Source of the DNA: Candidatus Poriferisocius anaerobius
GTDB lineage: Bacteria > Actinomycetota > Acidimicrobiia > Acidimicrobiales > Bin134
NCBI GenBank assembly: GCA_028278785.1
Contig: JAPYOG010000290.1
Location: 1 to 38,203 of the forward strand
Length of the DNA: 38,203 bases
Direction of reading: 5' to 3'
Below, piece by piece: positions 10,403 through 18,915 of the stretch; position 1 is the stretch's first letter, and every line of letters begins with the position of its first letter. Made by a program: the position numbers and the translations under genes. Below the pieces are notes generated by a model. That model had not been told where the DNA came from, made no database searches, and saw only the letters and a list, made by a program, of their open reading frames with translations.

Positions 10403-11248
10403 GTGAGGGTCTTGGTCGCCGGCGCAGCCGGGCAGCTCGGCCGAGATGTGGTGGCGCAGTTCGCGGCTTCGGGCCATGAGGTCACCGCCGCCGGCCACAG
10501 AGACCTGGATGTCTCCCGACGCGACCAGGTGCTCGGCGCTGTGGGCTCTGTGCGGCCCGACGTGCTGGTCAACTGCGCGGCCTATACCGCAGTCGATGCC
10601 TGCGAAACCGATGCCGGGCGGGCCTTCGGGGTCAACGCCTGGGCAGTGCGCCACCTAGCCGAGGCCTCCCGCAGGTTTGGCGCGCATCTGTGCCACGTCT
10701 CCACCGACTATGTGTTCTCCGGCGACAAAGGCGAGCCCTATCACGAGTGGGACCAGCCCAGCCCGCTGTCGGTGTACGGCGCCAGCAAGCTGGCCGGGGA
10801 GCGGGAGGCCGGTGAGTCGGCCACCGTGGTGCGGACCTCGTGGCTGTGCGGCAGGGGCGGCGCCAACGTGGTGGGCGCGGTGTTGCGGATGGCCGCCGAC
10901 GGCGGGCCGATGAGGTTCGTGGACGACCAGCGGGGCTCGCCGTCGTTCACCCGCGATGTGGCCGCGGTCATCGAGCGGCTGTGCGCGGACCGCCGTCCCG
11001 GCCTTTACCACGTTGCCAATCAGGGCGAGGCGACTTGGTATGGGTTCGCCCGGGAGATCATGGTCGCCGCCGGCCACGACCCCGAACGGGTGGCGCCCAT
11101 CACCACCGCTGAGCTGTCACCGCCCCGCCCGGCCCCGCGTCCGGCCAACTCGGTGCTGGAGAACCGGGCGCTGGCTTTGGCCGGCCTGGCCGTCCCGCCC
11201 GACTACCGCGAGCCCTTGGTCAGGCTGGTGGGCCAACTCTCGGCGTAG
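10403..11248 (+). CDS. rfbD: dTDP-4-dehydrorhamnose reductase
   Basis: GAAGQLG, NCAAYTAVDACE, STDYVF, YGASKLAGE, DQRGSP, APRP. Confidence 0.95.
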   Translation: MRVLVAGAAGQLGRDVVAQFAASGHEVTAAGHRDLDVSRRDQVLGAVGSVRPDVLVNCAAYTAVDACETDAGRAFGVNAWAVRHLAEASRRFGAHLCHVSTDYVFSGDKGEPYHEWDQPSPLSVYGASKLAGEREAGESATVVRTSWLCGRGGANVVGAVLRMAADGGPMRFVDDQRGSPSFTRDVAAVIERLCADRRPGLYHVANQGEATWYGFAREIMVAAGHDPERVAPITTAELSPPRPAPRPANSVLENRALALAGLAVPPDYREPLVRLVGQLSA

Positions 11249-11255
11249 AGCAGGC

Positions 11256-14200
11256 TCATATCGCCCCTGAGCGGATGTGGGGCTCACAGGCGTCCTCGGC
11301 CTCTTTTGCCGCTTCGCCGAGGGTTGCCGGCCCCGAGCGGCAGTTCAGCATGAACAGGGGCTGGTAGAGGGCCTCCAGCTTTTCAGAGGCGGTGGCAAGG
11401 TGCTCAAGGGCCCGTTGGCGGGCCACCGCGGCCCGCCGAGTGCGGGGCAGCGCGCAGATGTCGGCCACACCATCGAGGTCGCTGTCATAGGCATAGGTGA
11501 TCGGGCCTCCCAGGCTGAAGTTGACGCAGAAGTCCCGCCCGTTGATGATCCCGGAGAAGAACAGCCGCTCGTCCTCGACGTAGTGGTCTTCACCGGCGTC
11601 TGCCCTGGAAGTCTGGGCTCCGGCAGCGCCATTGGGTGAAGCCGACCCGCCTGGGGAATTGACGGGGAAGTCCCGGTACTGCTGGCACTCGTCTTCGGCC
11701 TCTTTGTCTGGTTCGCCGAAGGTGTCGGGCACAGAGCGGCATTCCTCGGCAAAGCGGGCGATGAAGATCGCCTGCTCCAGGAACGCCAGCTCCTCGATGG
11801 TCTTCTGGTGGGCCACCGCCACTCGGCGAGTGCTGCGGAGCGAGCACACGTCGGCCACTCCGTCCTTGTCGTTGTCGAGGGGGTAGGTGGCAGGCCCGCC
11901 CAAGCTGGAGTTCAAGCAGAAGTCCGGTCCGTCGACCACGCCCGAGTAGAGCCTCGCGTCGTCGGGGGCATCAGCGGGAACGGGAGGTTCTATTGCGCCG
12001 CCGGGACTCCAGGCCACAGAGGCTGCGGGGACGGTGAAGCTGAACAGCGTGGACAAGAGCACGGGCCTGCCGCTCTCACGAGCCGCAGTGTGTATTCGGG
12101 CTCGGAGCCGGCTGCCGGTGACGGTGACGGTTCGGGAGGTGCCGGTGATCCGGATCCGCGCTTTGTCCAGCCTGCCCGAAGCCCCTGCGCCGCCATCCAC
12201 CGCCATGCCGATGAGGTGGCCCACCGCGGTGTCTGGGTGGTCATTCAGCCACCCGTTGAACTCCGCTGCGGTATAAGACCTGCTCCAAGAGGCATTCGGG
12301 TTGTCTTGATGGGCGTCGAGAGGATCGGGTTTGGCGCTCAGATAGGGAAGATCGGTGGCGAACACATAGCCGCTGCGCTCGGTTTGACCGCCGTTCGACG
12401 AAGAGTAGAAGGCTCTGATGGGCGCGCCGCCGTGGAACAGCACCTGCCCGGCAGTGCTCTCCACCGCTTGGAGCCAGGTTGCAGCATCGGCGTGCTTCTC
12501 CCGGGTGTCGCCAGCGTAGGCCTGGTCCCAGGTGCTGGCATAAAGGTCGAACGGCCGCCCCCAGGAGTCGGAAGCCCGCCGCTCCCGCAGGGTGGCGGTG
12601 GCGTAGCTGCGGGCCGCGATGGCCTGGGCCTGGTGGGCTGCCAGCGGCCAGTCCATCGGGGTTTCGGCGATGCCCCGGAGGTAGCGCTCCATCGGCAGGG
12701 AGTCCACGATCACATAGAACTGGCCCGGATCTCCGCCGGTGGGCACCAGGTTGATGCGGCCGTGGGAGTAGGAGCGCCCGGTGTTGGACACCCTCACCGA
12801 CGTGCCGGTGGCGAAGTGGAGTTGGGCGGTCCGGCCGGCACAGCCGCTCCCGCACGCATCGGCGCCGTTGTACCTGACATGCCAGTGCCCCACATGGCGG
12901 ACGAAGGTGACCGGGGTGCCTGGGGCCACTCGGATCTCGCCCTGGCCGTCGATGGTGATGCGGTTGGCGCCCTGGGGGATCAGCGTGGTGCTCGTGGTGG
13001 TGGACAGGTGGATCCCGATGGAGTCCTCGGCATGTGCCGGCGCAGGAGGGACGTCGGGCGCCGGGGTCGTCGGGAGGCCTGGCGCCGCGGCGGGCAGCGC
13101 GCCGTGGGGGTCATCGAGGAATTCGGCGATTGTCAGCGAGTCGACCGTGATGTGGAACCGGCTTGGATCCCCGGCCACGGCCACGAGGTTGATGCGCCCG
13201 TGGGAGTAGGAGCGCCCGGTGCTGGACACGGCCACCGACGTGCCGGTGGCGAAGTGGAGTTGGACGGTCTCGCCGGCACAGCCGCTCCCGCACACATCGG
13301 CGCTGCCGAATTGGATCCTCCACAGGCCGTCGACCCTTGTCACTGCTATGGGGGATCCCGCCGGCGCCCGGACCAGCCCCTGTCCTGCGTGGGGGATGTC
13401 TGCGTCGTCCACGGTGATCCGGTTGAGCCCTTCGGGGGTGAGCGTGGTGGCCTGCGCGGTGGCCAGCAAGATCTGCACCGAGCCTTCAGCCGGCTCGGCG
13501 GCGCCCTGCGAGCCTCCGGGATCGTTGTGGGGGTCATCGAGGAATTTGGCGATTGTCAGCGAGTCGACCGTGATGTGGAACCGGCTTGGATCCCCGGCCA
13601 CGGCCACGAGGTTGATGCGCCCGTGGGAGTAGGAGCGCCCGGTGGTGGACACGGCCACCGCGGTGCCGGTGGCGAAGTGGAGTTGGGCGGTCTGGCCGGC
13701 GCACCCCCCGGGGCAGAGGTCGGCGCCGTTATAGCTGATATGCCAGCGGTCTTGGTGGCGGGAGAACGAGACTGGGGTTCCCGCCGGGGGACGGGCCGCG
13801 TCTTCGCTGCCGACCGGGATGTTCTGGTTCTCGACGGTGATCCGGTTGAGCCCTTCGGGGGTCAGCACGGTTGAGCCTGTGGTGGCCAGCAAAACCCGGG
13901 GCGAGCCGTCGGCCGTCGTCGGGATGGCCTCAGCGCCCGGAGTCTGCGCCGGGTTGGGGGAGGTGCTCGGAGCGGGGTCGGGGCGACCGTAGTTCTCCAC
14001 GAGGTTTGCGCCCTCGTAGTAGAAGCCCAGTATCTCCGCCGCGCTGTGCCCGGCCTCGGATCTAGCTCGGGCCCCCCACTGGCTCATTCCCACACCGTGG
14101 CCCCAGCCGCGGCCGTTGAAGGAGATTGCCGCTGCGGGATCAACTATGAGCACCGGTGAGGGGTCGGCGCTGTCTTGAGCCGACGAGGGGTCGGCGGCCA

Positions 14201-14285
14201 GCACAGCAGTCGCCGCCAACAGCGCCTGGGCGAGGAGGTGGCTTGTGCGAGGGCGGTTCAAAACCGACGACCGCTGACAGTGCAT
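11256..14285 (-). CDS. Secreted SpoIID/LytB-domain lytic transglycosylase with internal and C-terminal repeats (exact start uncertain)
   Basis: Signal peptide (..PSSAQD); GRGWGHGVGMSQWGA..ILGFYY; ERYLRGIAETP..AQAIAARSYA; DQAY; FYSSSNGGQT. Confidence 0.85.
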   Translation of the reverse strand: MHCQRSSVLNRPRTSHLLAQALLAATAVLAADPSSAQDSADPSPVLIVDPAAAISFNGRGWGHGVGMSQWGARARSEAGHSAAEILGFYYEGANLVENYGRPDPAPSTSPNPAQTPGAEAIPTTADGSPRVLLATTGSTVLTPEGLNRITVENQNIPVGSEDAARPPAGTPVSFSRHQDRWHISYNGADLCPGGCAGQTAQLHFATGTAVAVSTTGRSYSHGRINLVAVAGDPSRFHITVDSLTIAKFLDDPHNDPGGSQGAAEPAEGSVQILLATAQATTLTPEGLNRITVDDADIPHAGQGLVRAPAGSPIAVTRVDGLWRIQFGSADVCGSGCAGETVQLHFATGTSVAVSSTGRSYSHGRINLVAVAGDPSRFHITVDSLTIAEFLDDPHGALPAAAPGLPTTPAPDVPPAPAHAEDSIGIHLSTTTSTTLIPQGANRITIDGQGEIRVAPGTPVTFVRHVGHWHVRYNGADACGSGCAGRTAQLHFATGTSVRVSNTGRSYSHGRINLVPTGGDPGQFYVIVDSLPMERYLRGIAETPMDWPLAAHQAQAIAARSYATATLRERRASDSWGRPFDLYASTWDQAYAGDTREKHADAATWLQAVESTAGQVLFHGGAPIRAFYSSSNGGQTERSGYVFATDLPYLSAKPDPLDAHQDNPNASWSRSYTAAEFNGWLNDHPDTAVGHLIGMAVDGGAGASGRLDKARIRITGTSRTVTVTGSRLRARIHTAARESGRPVLLSTLFSFTVPAASVAWSPGGAIEPPVPADAPDDARLYSGVVDGPDFCLNSSLGGPATYPLDNDKDGVADVCSLRSTRRVAVAHQKTIEELAFLEQAIFIARFAEECRSVPDTFGEPDKEAEDECQQYRDFPVNSPGGSASPNGAAGAQTSRADAGEDHYVEDERLFFSGIINGRDFCVNFSLGGPITYAYDSDLDGVADICALPRTRRAAVARQRALEHLATASEKLEALYQPLFMLNCRSGPATLGEAAKEAEDACEPHIRSGAI
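11280..11955 (-). repeat. Two tandem ~110-aa Cys-containing C-terminal domains with DxDxDG motifs
   Basis: SGVVDGPDFCLNSSLGGPATYPLDNDKDGVADVCSL versus SGIINGRDFCVNFSLGGPITYAYDSDLDGVADICAL. Confidence 0.85.
12700..13900 (-). repeat. Three tandem ~120-aa modules within the SpoIID gene
   Basis: Module ..LTPEGLNRITV..CAG.T.QLHFATGT.V.VS.TGRSYSHGRINLV..ITVDSL occurs three times; DNA at ~13104-13277 and ~13527-13700 (offset 423) is nearly identical. Confidence 0.9.
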
Positions 14286-14422
14286 AGAACATCCAAAACA
14301 AGGTGGCCGCCCGCCGAGCCATTCTCCCAGCCTCCGCTGCGCTCATCAAATACCCCGCTCGACAGGGCATCTCGTGCCGCCGGGATATTTGCACTCAGGG
14401 CACTTGTGTCAAGCGCTTTCAC

Positions 14423-14451
14423 ATTGTAATATAGGCAAATAGATTGTAATA
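14423..14451. promoter_or_regulatory. ATTGTAATA direct repeat in an AT-rich divergent promoter region
   Basis: Exact 9-mer at 14423-14431 and 14443-14451 (20-bp period). Confidence 0.35.
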
Positions 14452-14514
14452 GCCACAAAATTATCGCACCCACTGCTCAGGGCGCCTTCACGAATTGAAA
14501 AGGAGAAGCACAAG

Positions 14515-14886
14515 ATGGCGTCGATTCTGATAGTGGTGCAGGTCACCGGGGTTGGGGTCTCGATGTTCTTGCTGGGTTTGCTGTACCCTCAACTGCGAAA
14601 CCGCTGGTACGGGCGGCGGCTCGCCCGTGTCAAGGCGGTCGGGCCCCAGGGCGAGGAAGTGACCAGAGACGACATCCGCCGCGAGCTTTTGCGCGATCCG
14701 GTCGCCGCCGAGTTGTTCCTCGATGACGACACTCCTGAGGATGTGCAGCGGTATCTGTACCTGGAGGCCGAGCGGCGGGCGATGCTGCGCAAGTGCAACC
14801 GGCTCGACGACGATGAAAACGACTTGTTCGCACCGCCCCGCCGGCCGGGCCCCGACCCTGGTTTCCGGGGCTGCAACGAGTTGTAG
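14515..14886 (+). CDS. Hypothetical protein with an N-terminal TM helix
   Basis: AAGGAG SD upstream; hydrophobic N-terminus followed by a charged domain. Confidence 0.65.
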   Translation: MASILIVVQVTGVGVSMFLLGLLYPQLRNRWYGRRLARVKAVGPQGEEVTRDDIRRELLRDPVAAELFLDDDTPEDVQRYLYLEAERRAMLRKCNRLDDDENDLFAPPRRPGPDPGFRGCNEL

Positions 14887-14910
14887 AAGCTCTGGCGCCC
14901 GTATGGACCG

Positions 14911-16005
14911 CTAGGTGATGGCCAGCATCCGGTCGAGGGCGATGCGGGCATCGGCGGCAACCTCGGGATCGACGGTGATGCGGTTGCGAACCTTGCCCTC
15001 CGCCAGGCCCTCCAGCGTCCAGGCCAGGTGGGCGGCGTCTATGCGGAACATCGTCGAGCACGGGCAGATGAGCGGATCTAGCGATACCACCGTCTTGTCG
15101 GGTGTCTCGCGGTTGAGCCGGTTCACCAGATGGATCTCGGTGCCCACTCCTATAACCGAGCCGGTCGGCGCAGCGGCCACGGCCTTGATGATGTGGTCGG
15201 TGGAGCCAACCTGATCGGCCAGGGTACACACCTCCCGGCTGCACTCCGGGTGTGCCACCACGATGCCGCCGGGGTACTCGGCCCGGAACGAGGCCACATG
15301 GTCGGGCTGGAACCTCTGGTGTACCGAGCAGTGCCCCCTCCACAGCAGCAGCACCGACTCCTTGCACTCGGCCTCGGTAAGGCCGCCCAGATCGAAGCGG
15401 GGGTTCCACACCGCCATGTCGCTCTCCCCGTAGCCCATGTCGAACCCCGTGTTGCGCCCCAGGTGCTGGTCGGGAAAGAACAGCACCTGCCCGCCCCGCT
15501 CCAGCGCCCAGGCGAGCACCGCCCGGGCGTTGGACGACGTACACACCGCCCCGCCGTGGCGGGCCGTGAATGCTTTCAGGCCGGCAGACGAGTTCATGTA
15601 GGTGATGGGCACCACCCGGCCGATGTCGGTCACCCGGCCCAGCTCCTCCCATGCCTCTTCCACCTGCTCGATGTCGGCCATGTCGGCCATGGAGCAGCCC
15701 GCGTTCAGGTCGGGCAGCACCACCTGCTGGTGTACGCCGGTGAGGATGTCGGCCGACTCGGCCATGAAGTGTACGCCGCAGAACACGATGAACTCGGCTT
15801 CCGGGCGCTGCTGGGCCAGCACCGACAGGCGGAACGAGTCGCCCCGGGCGTCGGCCCAGGCCATGACCTCGTCGCGCTGGTAGTGATGCCCGAGAATGAA
15901 CAGCCGGTCGCCCAGAGCCTCCTTGGCGCGGCCGATCCAGTCCGCCAGCCGCTCGGGCGATGCCGTTGTGTACCGCTCGGGGAGCGGCCGCTGAACGCGC
16001 AACAT
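14911..16005 (-). CDS. nadA: Quinolinate synthase NadA
   Basis: GHHYQ, FCGVHFMAE, AGCSMA, CSVH, HPEC, GST, CPCSTM; ATG at 16005 with GGAGG SD. Confidence 0.96.
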   Translation of the reverse strand: MLRVQRPLPERYTTASPERLADWIGRAKEALGDRLFILGHHYQRDEVMAWADARGDSFRLSVLAQQRPEAEFIVFCGVHFMAESADILTGVHQQVVLPDLNAGCSMADMADIEQVEEAWEELGRVTDIGRVVPITYMNSSAGLKAFTARHGGAVCTSSNARAVLAWALERGGQVLFFPDQHLGRNTGFDMGYGESDMAVWNPRFDLGGLTEAECKESVLLLWRGHCSVHQRFQPDHVASFRAEYPGGIVVAHPECSREVCTLADQVGSTDHIIKAVAAAPTGSVIGVGTEIHLVNRLNRETPDKTVVSLDPLICPCSTMFRIDAAHLAWTLEGLAEGKVRNRITVDPEVAADARIALDRMLAIT

Positions 16006-16131
16006 GATTTTGAGAACCTCCACGAGGTATGGGGAACTCCGATTGACGGCCGGTGGGGGCAGCCGGGTCGCCTCGCCACGGGGATGTCGGCCTCAGAGTT
16101 TGATATGTCGCTGGATACCCGGCCAGCGTGG
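16006..16131 (-). ncRNA. Structured nadA 5' leader; candidate NAD+-I (nadA motif)-like riboswitch
   Basis: TATGAT -10 at 16143-16138; nested stems AACUCUGA/UCGGAGUU and GGCCG/CGGCC, one-sided bulge ACAUCCCC, GUGG/CCAC stem; ACCUC/GAGGU hairpin covering the SD. Confidence 0.55.
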
Positions 16132-16240
16132 GCTGCAATCATACCCTGGCCGCACGGGGAATCCAAGAGGAGCACACAGCCGGTGCTGCGCCGGGCCCAG
16201 AGCAGCCCTGCCGCGGCTCGGCTCATAGGATAAAGGCGCC

Positions 16241-17945
16241 ATGCTGACCCGCCCGCCCACCGGCGCCATCCCCGACACTGCGGGCTCCTACCAGTTCAAA
16301 GACCGCCACGGGAGGATCATCTACGTGGGCAAGGCCAAGAACCTGCGGTCCCGGCTCGGAAGCTATTTTCAGAACCCGGCGCACTTGCCGGCGCGCACCG
16401 CGCAGATGGTGGCCCAGGCTGAGTCGGTGGAGTGGATCCAGGTGGACACCGAGGTCGACGCCCTGCTGTTGGAGCACAGCCTCATCCAGCAGCACCAGCC
16501 CCGGTTCAACGTCCGCTATCGGGACGACAAGAGCTATCCGTTCCTGTGCGTGACCATGGCGGACGAGTGGCCCCGCGCCATGGTCATACGCGGCCGCAAG
16601 AAGAAGGGCAACCGCTATTTCGGCCCGTACGGGCACGCCTACGCCATCCGGGAGACCCTCGACCAGCTTCTGCGCACGTTCCCCGTCCGCACTTGCAGCG
16701 ACAGCAAGTTCAACCACCATGCCCGCCTGGGACGGCCGTGCCTGCTGCTGCATATCGAGAAGTGCGCGGGGCCGTGCGTGGGCATGGTGGAGCGAGGCCG
16801 CTACAACCAGATGCTGGAGGACTTGCTGGCCTTTTTGGACGGCGACACCGATGAGGTGGTCAAGCGGCTGGAAGGCGATATGGCCGAGGCCGCAGCCGCT
16901 TTGGAGTTCGAGCAGGCCGCCCGATGCCGGGATCGGCTGGCCAGCGTCCGCAAGGCCATCGAGAGCCAAGAGATGGTGGGAGGCCGCTCGGAGGACTACG
17001 ACGTGGTCGGTCTGGCAGACGACGAGCTGGAGGCTGCCTGTCAGGTTTTCTATGTTCGCAAGGGACGAGTGATGGGACGCCGGGGGTTCATCGTGGACAA
17101 GGCCGGTCCTATCAGGCGCCCCGAGTTGCTGGGCAGGGTGTTGGAGCGGCTGTATTTCGAGGATAACCCGCTGGGCAGCCCCAAACAGGTGCTAGTGCCC
17201 GACTTGCCCGAGAACCAAGCGCTGTACGAGGAGTGGCTGCGGCACCAGCGGGGGTCGAGGGTGGCCATCTCGGTGCCCCAGCGGGGGGCAAAGCGCAAGC
17301 TCCAGGAGACGGTCGCCCGCAACGCCGCCGACGCCTTCGCCCGGCACCGCCTCAAGCGCAGCACCGACCACAACAGCCGGGCTCGGGCGCTCAACGATCT
17401 CCAGCGATACCTCGGCCTGCCCGAGGCGCCTCTGCGGATCGAGTGCTACGACATGAGCCACTTCCAGGGGTCCGACTATGTGGGCTCCATGGTGGTCATG
17501 GAGGACGGCCTGCCCCGCAAGTCGGAATACCGCCGGTTCAAGGTGCGAACCGTGGCCGGCAACGACGACGGCCGACCTGGGCCTGGACGGCGAGATCTTT
17601 CCCGCCGGGCTGGCCAAGGAGTTCGAGCTGCTGTTCGTGCCCGGCCGGCCCGACCCGGTGGAGATTCCCCGGCCCTCGGAGAGCCTGTACTTGTTGCAGC
17701 GCATCCGCGACGAGAGCCACCGCTTCGCCAACGACTACCACCGCCAGCTCCGGGGCAAGCGGATGACCCGATCCTCGCTGGACGGGATCGCGGGCCTGGG
17801 CCCCGCCCGGCGGACTCGGCTGGTGAAGGAGCTGGGAGGGGTGCGGGCGGTGGGGAAAGCGCCGCTCGAAGACCTGCTGGCGCTGGGCTGGCTTCCCGAC
17901 GCGGTGGCCCATTGCGTCTACGAGAAACTCCACGGTCCCGGGTAA
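16241..17945 (+). pseudogene. uvrC: Excinuclease ABC subunit C with internal deletion and frameshift at ~17570
   Basis: GIY-YIG N-terminus (IYVGKAKNL), RIECYDMSH and GNDD in one frame; ADLGL..GLAKEFE..LQRIRDESHRFA..HhH continues in another frame; the DGGxGQ segment is absent. Confidence 0.85.
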
Positions 17946-17965
17946 CAGCGCATTAGCCTGAAGCC

Positions 17966-18838
17966 GTGGCGGAGTTCGTGGTGATCACCGGAATGTCGGG
18001 CGCAGGCCGGTCGCAGGCTGCCAACCACTTCGAGGACTTGGGCTGGTATGTGGTGGACAACCTGCCCCCGGCTTTGCTGCCCAAGGTGCGGGAATTCGCC
18101 GACACCCCTGCCAACGGCATCTCCCGAGTGGGCTTGGTGCTCGGCCTGAACCTCTACCACGATGAGGTGGCCCCCGCGCTGGCCGCGCTCAAAGAATCAG
18201 CTGCGGGCTCGGTGCGGATACTGTTCCTGGACGCATCCACACCGGTGCTGGTGAAGCGCTTCGAGAGCACCAAGCGCCGCCACCCGTTCGCCGGCGACTC
18301 GCCGATGGGCATGTCCGACGCGATCGAGGCTGAGCGGGATGCGCTGGGCTATCTCCGCGGCGAGGCCGACGTGGTGGTGGACACCTCCGAGTACAGCATC
18401 TACCAGCTCAATCATTTCATAGACGAGGTGTTCGACCTGGACGCGGGGCCGGAGTCGGTTACCACCCGGATCATGTCGTTCGGCTTCAAGAACGGCATTC
18501 CGCTCGACGCCGACCTGGTTCTGGACTGCCGATTCCTGCCCAACCCCTACTGGGTGGAGGAGCTTCGCGCCCTCACCGGGCAAGACCAGGCCGTGAGGGA
18601 CTTCTTGCTCACCGGGCAGCCTATGGCTGAAGCCTTCCTCCAGAAGACCGAGGACCTGCTCAAGATGCTGGTGCCCGCCTATGTGACGGAGGGAAAGTCC
18701 TACTTGACCATCGCCTTCGGCTGCACAGGGGGCCGCCACCGCTCGGTCTTCGTGGCCGAGGAGATCGACCGCCGCCTGGCCCGAGATCCCGATCTCGGCG
18801 TCCACCCCTTCATCTCCCACCGCGACCTGGAGAGATAG
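17966..18838 (+). CDS. rapZ: RNase adapter RapZ/YvcJ
   Basis: ITGMSGAGRS, VDNLP, SFGFKNG, DCRFLPNP, GCTGGRHRSV, HRDL. Confidence 0.95.
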   Translation: MAEFVVITGMSGAGRSQAANHFEDLGWYVVDNLPPALLPKVREFADTPANGISRVGLVLGLNLYHDEVAPALAALKESAAGSVRILFLDASTPVLVKRFESTKRRHPFAGDSPMGMSDAIEAERDALGYLRGEADVVVDTSEYSIYQLNHFIDEVFDLDAGPESVTTRIMSFGFKNGIPLDADLVLDCRFLPNPYWVEELRALTGQDQAVRDFLLTGQPMAEAFLQKTEDLLKMLVPAYVTEGKSYLTIAFGCTGGRHRSVFVAEEIDRRLARDPDLGVHPFISHRDLER

Positions 18839-18915
18839 CTCAGCGCCATCTCCCACCGGGACCTGGAGAGATAGCTCAGCGCCATCTCCCACCGCGACCT
18901 GGAGAGGCAGCTCAG
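18811..18915 (+). repeat. 36-bp tandem repeat (~2.9 copies) of the rapZ 3' end
   Basis: catctcccaccgcgacctggagagatagctcagcgc at 18811, 18847 and 18883, with 1-2 substitutions per copy. Confidence 0.95.

Noticed and set aside
14290-14400. c-di-AMP (ydaO) riboswitch upstream of the cell-wall hydrolase
   Set aside because: The conserved ydaO sequence elements were not found; only a generic stem is visible.
16241-17956. Programmed frameshift or intact 571-aa UvrC
   Set aside because: No slippery sequence at the junction and conserved sequence is missing; the tail after GNDD is off-frame.
18811-18915. CRISPR array (36-bp unit)
   Set aside because: Units are contiguous with no spacers, copy the rapZ coding end, and no cas genes are present.
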